From assembly GCA_023667285.1 (NCBI GenBank), contig JAMPAK010000001.1, positions 255,064 through 319,063 on the forward strand: a stretch of 64,000 nucleotides of DNA, in the 5' to 3' direction. This stretch comes from Muribaculaceae bacterium. GTDB lineage: Bacteria > Bacteroidota > Bacteroidia > Bacteroidales > Muribaculaceae. The position numbers and the translations under genes are program-made. Under the pieces are notes generated by a model. It made no database searches and was not told the DNA's origin. It saw only the letters and a list, made by a program, of their open reading frames with translations. This document shows, piece after piece, positions 18,465 through 27,213 of the stretch (position 1 is its first letter; every line of letters starts with the position of its first letter).

Positions 18465-20123
18465 ATGGCAACAAAACCGTTTAAATATCAGGAGATGTTC
18501 CCTCTCGGCCCTGACACGACCGAATATGAACTTCTCACCTCAGACTATGTCAAAGTAGAGAATTGGGGCGGCCATGAATTTCTCGTGGTTGACCCTGAGG
18601 CACTCACACTTCTGGCGCGTACCTGCACTCACAACAATGCCTTCATGCTGCGCCGCGAGCACAACGAGATGGTGGCCAAGATTCTCAGAGATCCCGAGGC
18701 CTCCGAGAACGACAAGTTTGTCGCCCTCACCATGCTGCGCAACGCTGATGTGGCCGCGAAAGGTCAGCTCCCCTTCTGTCAGGACACCGGCACCGCCATC
18801 TGCCATGGAGAGAAAGGTCAGAACGTTTACACAGGCTGCAACGACGAGGAGCGGATCTCAGAGGGCGTATATCTCACATATACAACGGACAACCTCCGAT
18901 ATTCGCAGAATGCTCCCCTCACTATGTATGACGAGGTGAACACCGGCTGCAACCTTCCGGCACAGATTGACATCCACGCCACCGAGGGTGAAGAATATAA
19001 GTTCCTCTTCGTTGCCAAAGGTGGCGGCTCTGCCAACAAGACATATCTCTTTCAGGAGACCAAGGCCATCCTCAACCCCGCCACACTAGTCCCCTTCCTG
19101 GTGAGCAAGATGAAGAGTCTCGGAACAGCCGCATGCCCCCCCTATCACATAGCTATCGTTGTTGGTGGCACATCGGCCGAGAAGAATCTGGAGGTTGTGA
19201 AAAAGGCTTCTGTGAAATATCTAGACAATCTCCCCGACCATGGCAACGAACTGGGACACGCATTCCGCGATCGCGAGCTTGAGGCTCAACTAAAAAAGGA
19301 AGCAGAATGCCTCGGTCTTGGCGCTCAGTTTGGCGGCAAATATTTCGCTCACGATATCCGAGTGATCCGCCTTCCCAGACATGGAGCATCCTGTCCCGTC
19401 GGCATCGGAGTGTCATGCTCGGCAGACCGCAATATAAAGGCGAAAATAAATCGCAACGGCATCTGGATTGAGAAACTTGACTCTAACCCCGGCGAACTTA
19501 TCCCAGAAGAATATCGCCGTAAGGGCGAAGGAGAGGTTGTGAAGATTGATCTCAATCGTCCCATGACAGAGATTCTCGCCGAGCTTACCAAATATCCTGT
19601 TTCGACACGCCTCTCGCTCAACGGTACCATTATCGTGGGTCGCGATATCGCTCATGCCAAAATCAAGGAGCGTCTCGATCGCGGAGAGCCCATGCCTCAG
19701 TATCTCAAGGACCATCCCATCTACTATGCCGGGCCGGCCAAGACACCAAAGGGTATGCCCTCAGGCTCATTCGGACCTACAACCGCCGGGCGCATGGACT
19801 CATATGTTGACCAGTTCCAGGAGGCAGGCGGCTCTATGGTGATGATTGCCAAGGGCAACCGCTCACAGCAGGTGACTGACGCTTGCAAGAAGCACGGCGG
19901 TTTCTATCTCGGCTCTATCGGCGGCCCCGCAGCCATCCTGGCTCAGAACAGCATCAAGAAGGTCGAACTCCTTGAGTATCCTGAACTCGGCATGGAGGCC
20001 ATCTGGAAAATTGAGGTTGAGGACTTCCCTGCTTTTATCCTCGTTGACGACAAAGGCAACGACTTCTTCACTGAGATTTCAGAGAAGTGCAAGGGCTGCT
20101 GCTTGGCTCCTGACAAGCACTGA
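18465..20123 (+). CDS. Class I (Fe-S) fumarate hydratase
   Basis: [43 protein letters not shown] motifs. Confidence 0.96.
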   Translation: MATKPFKYQEMFPLGPDTTEYELLTSDYVKVENWGGHEFLVVDPEALTLLARTCTHNNAFMLRREHNEMVAKILRDPEASENDKFVALTMLRNADVAAKGQLPFCQDTGTAICHGEKGQNVYTGCNDEERISEGVYLTYTTDNLRYSQNAPLTMYDEVNTGCNLPAQIDIHATEGEEYKFLFVAKGGGSANKTYLFQETKAILNPATLVPFLVSKMKSLGTAACPPYHIAIVVGGTSAEKNLEVVKKASVKYLDNLPDHGNELGHAFRDRELEAQLKKEAECLGLGAQFGGKYFAHDIRVIRLPRHGASCPVGIGVSCSADRNIKAKINRNGIWIEKLDSNPGELIPEEYRRKGEGEVVKIDLNRPMTEILAELTKYPVSTRLSLNGTIIVGRDIAHAKIKERLDRGEPMPQYLKDHPIYYAGPAKTPKGMPSGSFGPTTAGRMDSYVDQFQEAGGSMVMIAKGNRSQQVTDACKKHGGFYLGSIGGPAAILAQNSIKKVELLEYPELGMEAIWKIEVEDFPAFILVDDKGNDFFTEISEKCKGCCLAPDKH

Positions 20124-20135
20124 TACCCACTCGCT

Positions 20136-21344
20136 TTGGCTCACAGCATCTACGACATACGGCGATATGGCATCATCGGTTTCCTGGTGGTGTCTGTCGC
20201 CGTTGTCGCTATTTTTCTGCTGTTCTCTGACTCCCTCGTCAAGGATCTCTCCGTTCAGGAGAGAGACCGCATGCAGGTATGGGCCGACGCTACTCGCGAG
20301 ATAGTGAATGTCAGCAGCGATGACACTGATGGCTCAAGCGATGTGATGGACTTCCTCCTCTCTATTATCGAGGGCAACAGCAACATCCCTGTACTGCTCA
20401 CTGATAGTTCGGGCAACATACTCATGCACCGCAACTTCCGTCTGCCTGAGCCTATTGACTCAATTTCGCCGTTTTTCATCTCTGAGGCAAACCAGAAGTT
20501 TCTTGAGGAGCGCTATGCCGACCTTCAGGAGAGTCCCAATGTCATAGAAATAGGCATGGGAACGGGCGAGAAACAATATCTCTATTACGAGGACTCCCGG
20601 CTCCTTAAGGCTCTGAGCCTCTATCCATACATCCAGATACTTGTCCTGCTGGCTTTCGTGATGATAGTCTATTATGCCGTCTCCTCAACAAAACGGGCAG
20701 AGCAAAACAAGGTTTGGGTGGGACTCTCCAAGGAGACCGCTCATCAGCTCGGGACACCCATCTCATCCCTCATGGCATGGATAGAACTGCTCCCGGCCCT
20801 TGGAGTGGATTCTGACACCGTCCATGAGATGGACAAAGATGTGAAACGCCTATCAACCATAGCCTCGCGCTTTTCTAAGATCGGATCCCGCCCATCGATG
20901 GAGCCTGACGACCTCAGCAAAGTCGCAGCAGGAGCTGCCGGATACATGTCAACACGTGTCTCTCGACAGATCGACTTACGAATCAACCCATCGCAGACGC
21001 CATTGCCAGTGATGCTCTCCGCTCCTCTGACAGAATGGGTTATGGAGAATCTCATCAAAAACGCTGTAGATGCGATGGAGGGGAATGGCTCAATCACCGT
21101 CACCGCCTATGCTGAGAAAGGGAAAGCCGTGGTGGACGTCACAGACACCGGCAAAGGCATATCAAAGAAGAATCAGAAACACATTTTCAACCCGGGATTC
21201 ACAACCAAAAGTCGTGGATGGGGACTCGGACTTACCCTCGCCAAGCGTATCATCGAGGACTATCACGGTGGAAAAATCTTCATCAAACGTTCAGAGCCCG
21301 GCATAGGGACAACCTTCACAATCGAACTTCCTCTCTCATTATGA
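20136..21344 (+). CDS. Membrane sensor histidine kinase (two TMs, HisKA + HATPase)
   Basis: H-box ETAHQLGTPISSL, N-box ENLIKNAVDAM, DTGKGI, F-box FNPGFTTK, GWGLGL. TTG start. Confidence 0.92.
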   Translation: MAHSIYDIRRYGIIGFLVVSVAVVAIFLLFSDSLVKDLSVQERDRMQVWADATREIVNVSSDDTDGSSDVMDFLLSIIEGNSNIPVLLTDSSGNILMHRNFRLPEPIDSISPFFISEANQKFLEERYADLQESPNVIEIGMGTGEKQYLYYEDSRLLKALSLYPYIQILVLLAFVMIVYYAVSSTKRAEQNKVWVGLSKETAHQLGTPISSLMAWIELLPALGVDSDTVHEMDKDVKRLSTIASRFSKIGSRPSMEPDDLSKVAAGAAGYMSTRVSRQIDLRINPSQTPLPVMLSAPLTEWVMENLIKNAVDAMEGNGSITVTAYAEKGKAVVDVTDTGKGISKKNQKHIFNPGFTTKSRGWGLGLTLAKRIIEDYHGGKIFIKRSEPGIGTTFTIELPLSL

Positions 21345-22192
21345 CATTAAGACAACTCATTGCAGAAGGACGCGGACGCCTCAATCCGGTGTATGGCCCG
21401 AGTGAGTCTACATGGCTAATGCGCATCATCATGGAATACCTCAAGGGGTGGAACCAAGTTGACTTGCTCACCCGTGCTGACGATGAGGTCAGCGACTATA
21501 TCTGCGAGAAAGCATCTTCGATAATCGACCGGGTGCTCCGTGGCGAACCCATCCAATATATCACAGGAGATACATATTGGCATGGCATGACCCTTAAAGT
21601 TACTCCGGACGTCCTCATCCCTCGTCCAGAGACATCAGAACTTGTCGACATCATCGCCTCAGACCGCTCTGCCTCAGACCTTCGTGTCCTCGACATATGC
21701 ACCGGATCAGGATGCATCGCCATTGCCCTTGCATCCTCCTTATCATTTCCTCAGGTCACCGGGATAGACATTTCAGATGCAGCACTTGACGTGGCCAGAG
21801 AGAATGCCGCCCTACGAAAAGTCAAAGTCACATTCCTTAGGGCCGATGCTTTGAAGCCTCTACCCTTCCCCGATGGAAGCATCGACATAATAGTCAGCAA
21901 TCCCCCATATGTCCTGGACAGCGAGAGGACCGAGATGCCATCAAATGTAGTTGGTCATGAGCCTGACCTTGCTCTGTTTGTACCGGATTCTGACCCGCTC
22001 AAATTCTACAATCCCATCTCACACGAAGGGTTTCGTGTGGCTGCGACCGGAGGCAGCCTCTACTTTGAGATAAACCCGTTGGAGGCCGACGGAGTGAAGA
22101 AGACCATGGAGGAGGCTGGATGGTCTGATGTGGAAATCCTGCTTGACATACATGGCCGAAAACGTTTTGCTAAGGGGCATAAACTGTCATGA
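21341..22192 (+). CDS. prmC: Release factor glutamine methyltransferase
   Basis: EPIQYITG, VLIPRPETSELV, DICTGSGCIA, SNPPYV. The true start is ATG 21341, in an ATGA overlap with the kinase stop. Confidence 0.94.
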   Translation: MTLRQLIAEGRGRLNPVYGPSESTWLMRIIMEYLKGWNQVDLLTRADDEVSDYICEKASSIIDRVLRGEPIQYITGDTYWHGMTLKVTPDVLIPRPETSELVDIIASDRSASDLRVLDICTGSGCIAIALASSLSFPQVTGIDISDAALDVARENAALRKVKVTFLRADALKPLPFPDGSIDIIVSNPPYVLDSERTEMPSNVVGHEPDLALFVPDSDPLKFYNPISHEGFRVAATGGSLYFEINPLEADGVKKTMEEAGWSDVEILLDIHGRKRFAKGHKLS

Positions 22193-22695
22193 GGGTTACA
22201 CGAAGGATTCTGACCACATCTGAGGCTCTCGCACGTGCCGCTGCTCTGTGTGACAAATGCGAGCAATGTTCTCCTGACATTCTCAAGAAACTATCGACGT
22301 GGGGGATCCCTTCCACTGAAGCAGATAAGATCATAGCCAGGCTTAAGGAAACTCGATATCTTGATGACCTCCGGTTTGCGCGCGCCTATGCCCACGACAA
22401 GATGGCTTACAGCGGCTGGGGGCGAAACAAGATTGTCCAGGGACTTCTGGTCAAGAGATTATCCCGTGAATACATCGACCAAGCCTTCGACGATATCGAC
22501 CCGGACGAGTACAAACGTGTGGCAATAAAGGTCGTGAAGTCAAAGGTGAGGAGTTTGAACGGGAGTCTGTCCTCATATGAGAATCGCGTGAAAGTGCTTC
22601 GTTTCGGTGTGCAGAGGGGATTCTCAATCAGCCTTGTCACAGCCATAATCAACAAACTCGCAACTCGGGAGACCAATGAAGAGAGTGCTCAATGA
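22189..22695 (+). CDS. recX: Regulatory protein RecX
   Basis: YLDDLRFARAY, WGRNKIVQGL, three-helix repeats, RFGVQRGF. Confidence 0.88.
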   Translation: MRVTRRILTTSEALARAAALCDKCEQCSPDILKKLSTWGIPSTEADKIIARLKETRYLDDLRFARAYAHDKMAYSGWGRNKIVQGLLVKRLSREYIDQAFDDIDPDEYKRVAIKVVKSKVRSLNGSLSSYENRVKVLRFGVQRGFSISLVTAIINKLATRETNEESAQ

Positions 22696-23371
22696 ATTGC
22701 TCGATGTGCTTTTCCCTAGAGTATGCACGGTCTGTCATAAGGCTCTTGTGCAGGGTGAAGATGTTATGTGCCTGGGTTGTCTCGCAGAACTTCCGTTGAC
22801 AAATCAGCATCTGCGCCAGCCAAACGACATTCATGAACGTCTTGTCACTCTCCACGCCTCCGTCAAGCGATGTGCGTCGATGTTCTATTATCATAAGGAG
22901 AACCCATACTCACGGCTCATTCTGGCGGCCAAATATCACAACCGCCCTTCCGTGGGGCGCAAACTTGCAGAGATGTTTGCCGCAGATCTCCTTTCAAAAG
23001 GATTCTTCGAGGGCATGGACCTTATCATCCCTATCCCCATCCACTTCACCAAGCTGCTTACCCGCGGCTATAACCAGACGCTGTATATCGCCGAAGGAAT
23101 CAGCAAAGTATCAGGAATCGCTGTCGGCGAGAACCTTAGAGCAAATCGTCCTCACACCTCACAGACACATAAAGGCTCAGAGGCAAGACGAGCCAACTCA
23201 ACCGGATTCTTTTCTGTAGTACGTCCGTCTGAGCTCGATGGCCTCCACATCCTACTGGTGGACGATGTCATCACTACAGGATCCACTATGGTCTCGGCAC
23301 TCAACACACTCCACGCAGCTAATCCGAACATCCGCCTAAGCGTCCTCTCGCTTGCGTTGACCAACAGTTAG
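22676..23371 (+). CDS. comF: ComF family phosphoribosyltransferase-like protein
   Basis: LFPRVCTVC...CLGC zinc motif, RGYNQT, ILLVDDVITTGST PRPP-binding loop. Confidence 0.9.
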   Translation: MKRVLNELLDVLFPRVCTVCHKALVQGEDVMCLGCLAELPLTNQHLRQPNDIHERLVTLHASVKRCASMFYYHKENPYSRLILAAKYHNRPSVGRKLAEMFAADLLSKGFFEGMDLIIPIPIHFTKLLTRGYNQTLYIAEGISKVSGIAVGENLRANRPHTSQTHKGSEARRANSTGFFSVVRPSELDGLHILLVDDVITTGSTMVSALNTLHAANPNIRLSVLSLALTNS

Positions 23372-23390
23372 AAAAAAGGAGCACAACACA

Positions 23391-23870
23391 CTACTCCTCA
23401 TCAAAAACTACTATGCTGCCCGGTGTACTTTGGGGGACGCATATGAGCCTCTGGTTGCGCGAGCCTCGGAAGCGGAGGCTGACATCGCGCTCCGATTCGA
23501 TAAAAGGACCATCGACAAGCACATCCAGATATTGCAAAATGGCTGACAATTTCTCATCTGCATATACATGCTCATAGAGATAGCCTGTGTAACACCACAG
23601 ACCATACCCTCGCTCTCGCAACTTTCCTGCAATCCTACACAACTCCTCTACCTGCATGAGGGGATCGCCGCCGGTAAAGGTCACGTCAAATCCATTCTCC
23701 TCCACCACGGCTAGAATCTCATCGTCAGTCATCTCATGACCTCCACGTGGATCGTGGGTCTGAGGGTTATGACAGCCGGGGCAGGCATGGCTACAGCCGG
23801 CAAAATATATAGATGTGCGAAGCCCCGGGCCGTCTACTGTCGTGCCCGGGACTATATCAATTACTCTCAT
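23391..23870 (-). CDS. nrdG: Anaerobic ribonucleotide reductase activating enzyme (radical SAM)
   Basis: VDGPGLR, CSHACPGCHNP (CxxxCxxC), TGGDP, DGPF, RGSRNQR. Start ATG 23870 overlaps the nrdD stop. Confidence 0.95.
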   Translation of the reverse strand: MRVIDIVPGTTVDGPGLRTSIYFAGCSHACPGCHNPQTHDPRGGHEMTDDEILAVVEENGFDVTFTGGDPLMQVEELCRIAGKLRERGYGLWCYTGYLYEHVYADEKLSAILQYLDVLVDGPFIESERDVSLRFRGSRNQRLICVPQSTPGSIVVFDEE

Positions 23871-26074
23871 TTGTGAACCACTCGGTCTTTGAGTTCGGCC
23901 AACTTGGCGCTGTTCCAACGATCTGTGGTGCCGACAAGATAGCCGGTGATACGCTGGATGCTGTCGATATTGTGGCCATGACACTTAGGGCACTCCTCAA
24001 GACCCTCCTGTGCGTCCTCATAACCGCAGTCCATGCAGCGGTTGCGGTTATGGTTCACTGAGCCGTAGCCTATGTTGTAGCGGTCCATAAGGTCGACTAT
24101 ATCGCTGATGGCCTTGGGGTTGTGAGTAGCGTCTCCGTCAATCTCCACATAGAAGATGTGTCCGCCTCCCGTCAGGGCATGATACGGAGCCTCAACCTCA
24201 GCCTTGTGGCGAGGCGAACACTTATAATAGACGGGGACATGGTTTGAATTTGTGTAGTATTCCTTGTCAGTCACGCCTGGGATCACACCATGCTTCTTTT
24301 TGTCGCGCTTTGTAAACTTGCCCGACAGACCCTCGGCCGGAGTGGCGAGCACTGAGAAATTGTGCTGGTATTTCTCTGAATATACATTTATTTTGTCACG
24401 CATGTGAGTGATAATGCGCAGACCGAGTTCCTGTGCTTCCTCCGATTCTCCATGATGCTTCCCTATCAGCGCAATAAGACACTCTGCCAGACCGATAAAG
24501 CCAATGCCCAGGGTGCCCTGATTGATTACACTCTCGATGGTGTCCGTCGGAGCAAGATTCTCAGCGCCGTTCCAGAGACGCGACATGAGCAATGGGAACT
24601 GCTTAACCATGGCGGTCTTCTGAAAATCATAGCGCTCGCAGAGTTGACGTGCTGTGAGGTCAAGCACGCCGTCGAGCTTAGAAAAGAAACTTTCTATGCG
24701 CTTGTCACAATCGGGTATATTCATGCAATCGAGCGCCAATCCGGGCAGATTGATGGTGCTGAAGCTTAGATTGCCTCTGCCTATAGATGTCTTCTCGCCG
24801 AATCGGTTTTCGAAGACACGTGTGCGGCATCCCATAGTGGCCACCTCATATTTATATCTCTCAGGGTCGTTGATGTCCCACTTCTCATGATAATTATATG
24901 TTGCGTCGAGGTTCACGAAATTAGGAAAGAAACGACGGGCCGTCACCTTGCAGGCCAGTTGATACAAGTCATAGTTTGGATCCTCAGGGAGATAGCTGAC
25001 GCCACGCTTTTTCTTCCATATCTGGATAGGGAAGATTGCGGTGGCACCATTTCCTACACCCTCATATGTAGAGTGGAGCAGTTCGCGGATAATGCAGCGC
25101 CCTTCAGCCGATGTGTCTGTCCCATAGTTGATTGAACTGAACACTACCTGGTTTCCACCGCGGGAGTGGATGGTGTTCATATTGTGGATGAACGCCTCCA
25201 TCGACTGATGCACTCGGCTGACGGTCTGATTTATGGCATGTTGCAGCATACGTTCATCACCCTCCAGGCCATCTACGGGAGCCTTAATAAAATCTTTTAT
25301 ATCTGCATTATACAGGTGGCTTAGGTCTTTGCCGGTCAGATCCTCAAGTTGTTTCACCTCCTCGATGAACGATGAACGGACATAAGGTGCGAGATAGAAA
25401 TCGAATGCGGGGATCGCCTGACCGCCGTGCATCTCATTCTGGGCTGTTTCTAGCGATATACACCCTATGATACTTGCTGTCTCGATGCGCTTAGCCGGGC
25501 GTGACTCTCCATGGCCTGCAATGAAGCCATATTTCAGGATCTTATCAAGCGGATGCTGCACACAAGTGAGACTCTTGGTGGGATAATAGTCTTTGTCGTG
25601 AATGTGGAGATAACCATTGTTCACAGCCTCTCGCACCTCCGGAGAGAGCAGATAGTCGTCCACGAAAGGCTTGGTGGTCTCGCTGGCGAATTTCATCATC
25701 ATTCCCGCCGGCGAGTCGGCGTTCATGTTGGCATTCTCGCGCGTGATATCGTTGCTCTTAGCCTCTATGATCTCCAGAAACATGTCGCGCGTCTTGGCCC
25801 GGCGGGCTATGGAGCGCTGGTCGCGATAGGCAATGTATTTCTTGGCCACCTCCTTGCGCGGCGAGTTCATCAACTCGAGCTCTACCCTATCCTGGATCTC
25901 CTCCACGGTCATGCGCGGTTCACCTGTCATGGTGATAACGTCTGCGATGCGCGAGATGAGGCTCTCATCCTCTCCGGCATCTGTTGTGAGCATGGCCTTT
26001 CGAATGGCGGCCTTGATTTTCTCCTCGTTATAGCCTACGACACGTCCGTCGCGCTTGACTACTGTATGTATCAT
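23867..26074 (-). CDS. nrdD: Class III anaerobic ribonucleoside-triphosphate reductase
   Basis: ATP cone VVKRDGR, YTNSNHVP, CMDC/CPKC zinc site, RITGYL glycyl-radical motif. Start reassigned to ATG 26074. Confidence 0.96.
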   Translation of the reverse strand: MIHTVVKRDGRVVGYNEEKIKAAIRKAMLTTDAGEDESLISRIADVITMTGEPRMTVEEIQDRVELELMNSPRKEVAKKYIAYRDQRSIARRAKTRDMFLEIIEAKSNDITRENANMNADSPAGMMMKFASETTKPFVDDYLLSPEVREAVNNGYLHIHDKDYYPTKSLTCVQHPLDKILKYGFIAGHGESRPAKRIETASIIGCISLETAQNEMHGGQAIPAFDFYLAPYVRSSFIEEVKQLEDLTGKDLSHLYNADIKDFIKAPVDGLEGDERMLQHAINQTVSRVHQSMEAFIHNMNTIHSRGGNQVVFSSINYGTDTSAEGRCIIRELLHSTYEGVGNGATAIFPIQIWKKKRGVSYLPEDPNYDLYQLACKVTARRFFPNFVNLDATYNYHEKWDINDPERYKYEVATMGCRTRVFENRFGEKTSIGRGNLSFSTINLPGLALDCMNIPDCDKRIESFFSKLDGVLDLTARQLCERYDFQKTAMVKQFPLLMSRLWNGAENLAPTDTIESVINQGTLGIGFIGLAECLIALIGKHHGESEEAQELGLRIITHMRDKINVYSEKYQHNFSVLATPAEGLSGKFTKRDKKKHGVIPGVTDKEYYTNSNHVPVYYKCSPRHKAEVEAPYHALTGGGHIFYVEIDGDATHNPKAISDIVDLMDRYNIGYGSVNHNRNRCMDCGYEDAQEGLEECPKCHGHNIDSIQRITGYLVGTTDRWNSAKLAELKDRVVHK

Positions 26075-26130
26075 ATTGTGTGTGGGGGTGATTGATAGAT
26101 TATTCTTTTTTCTTTGCGGTTTTCGCATCG

Positions 26131-26138
26131 CAAAGTTA
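26131..26138 (-). promoter_or_regulatory. -7 promoter element TAACTTTG for nrdDG
   Basis: Exact TAnnTTTG, with TTGC 19 nt upstream as a -33-like element. Confidence 0.7.
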
Positions 26139-26222
26139 CACACGTTGCCCTACAAATGCAAGAAAAAAGTTGTTAAATGCAGTGTTAAAATTTTCATTTC
26201 GGACAACTTCATACATTAATAA

Positions 26223-26259
26223 AAATAGCAAATATTTAATACTCAAATATTTGCTATTT
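26223..26259 (-). terminator. Perfect 15-bp AT-rich inverted repeat, probable terminator of alaS-dabb-HAD (alternatively an operator)
   Basis: AAATAGCAAATATTT-aatactc-AAATATTTGCTATTT, 19 nt after the HAD stop and followed by a T run on the minus strand. Confidence 0.5.
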
Positions 26260-26278
26260 CATTTTGGATAACTTTATA

Positions 26279-26911
26279 CTATAGCACGCTCATTCGATTC
26301 ACCAAATCGGGCAACTCATACAATGAGCGTATTGACCGTTCCGGACAATTCCCTTCATCAACTGTTTCAAGCCTCTGCTGATGAATATTTTGGCCAGAGT
26401 CAAGCAGGCACACAGTGTGCCATCCCAAAATCCGCGGCATTTGGAAATCCTTTTCAGGATTGTCGCCCACATAGAGATATCTCTCGCCGGGGTGTCGTTC
26501 CATCAGTTTCTTGAAAGCCTCGCCATCCGTTTTTTCGTGTCCGAGGCTCTCCGAAATGAAGATGTCTTCAGCGTTGATGAACCGCTGCAGTCCCAATGCT
26601 TTTATCTTGTTTGTCTGAGTGACGGTTCTACCGTCTGTCACCAGAGCAAGTGTGTGGCCTGCGTTCTTTAGAAGAGTCAGAGAGTAGAGGGACGCTATCG
26701 GGAGCGATATGTCGGGATAGTGACCTCGATATATAGGCAGGAATACCTCAGGAGCCAACCCTGTTGAACCGAATCCCTCTGACGGTGTCGGCGCGCTGAC
26801 CATCGCATCGAACAGTCCCCATCCATACTTCCGGGCTATCTCCCTGTAGGCCGAGCGGACAAACTCTATCTCAGGAAACAGTGTGTCGTCAAGATCAAAG
26901 GCAATGACCAT
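26279..26911 (-). CDS. HAD-superfamily hydrolase
   Basis: Motif I FDLDDT, motif II VTDG, K in HEKT, motif IV VGDNPEKD. Confidence 0.9.
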   Translation of the reverse strand: MVIAFDLDDTLFPEIEFVRSAYREIARKYGWGLFDAMVSAPTPSEGFGSTGLAPEVFLPIYRGHYPDISLPIASLYSLTLLKNAGHTLALVTDGRTVTQTNKIKALGLQRFINAEDIFISESLGHEKTDGEAFKKLMERHPGERYLYVGDNPEKDFQMPRILGWHTVCLLDSGQNIHQQRLETVDEGNCPERSIRSLYELPDLVNRMSVL

Positions 26912-27207
26912 CAGACAGCGTAATAGTCAACACATGACCTCGCCTCCTTGTGCCCGTTAAGGATTGAGGCAGCAGCCACATGAGCAGGATGCTTGGCATA
27001 GACCTCGACGGAGGCCATATCCCTGAGCACGGCGGTAAGAACGACATCCCAGTCCTCTGCTGGATTCTCATTGATGCCCACCTCTATCGACTCTAGAGGC
27101 TCTATCGCTGCGGGGAGTTCAAGGAGCGCTTCTCTGAAGCGCATCGCCACTTTGCGGCGCTCCTCGGGAGAGCCGCAAAGTTTGAATGACACGATATGCT
27201 TTACCAT
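26911..27207 (-). CDS. Dabb (stress-responsive A/B barrel) family protein
   Basis: MVKHIVSFKL start, IEVGIN, YAKHPAH, VDY end. Confidence 0.88.
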   Translation of the reverse strand: MVKHIVSFKLCGSPEERRKVAMRFREALLELPAAIEPLESIEVGINENPAEDWDVVLTAVLRDMASVEVYAKHPAHVAAASILNGHKEARSCVDYYAV

Positions 27208-27213
27208 GTTCTA

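Noticed and set aside
26060-26082. ACACAATAT at the nrdD start, resembling half an NrdR box
   Set aside because: The second half does not match, and no nrdR is present in the window.
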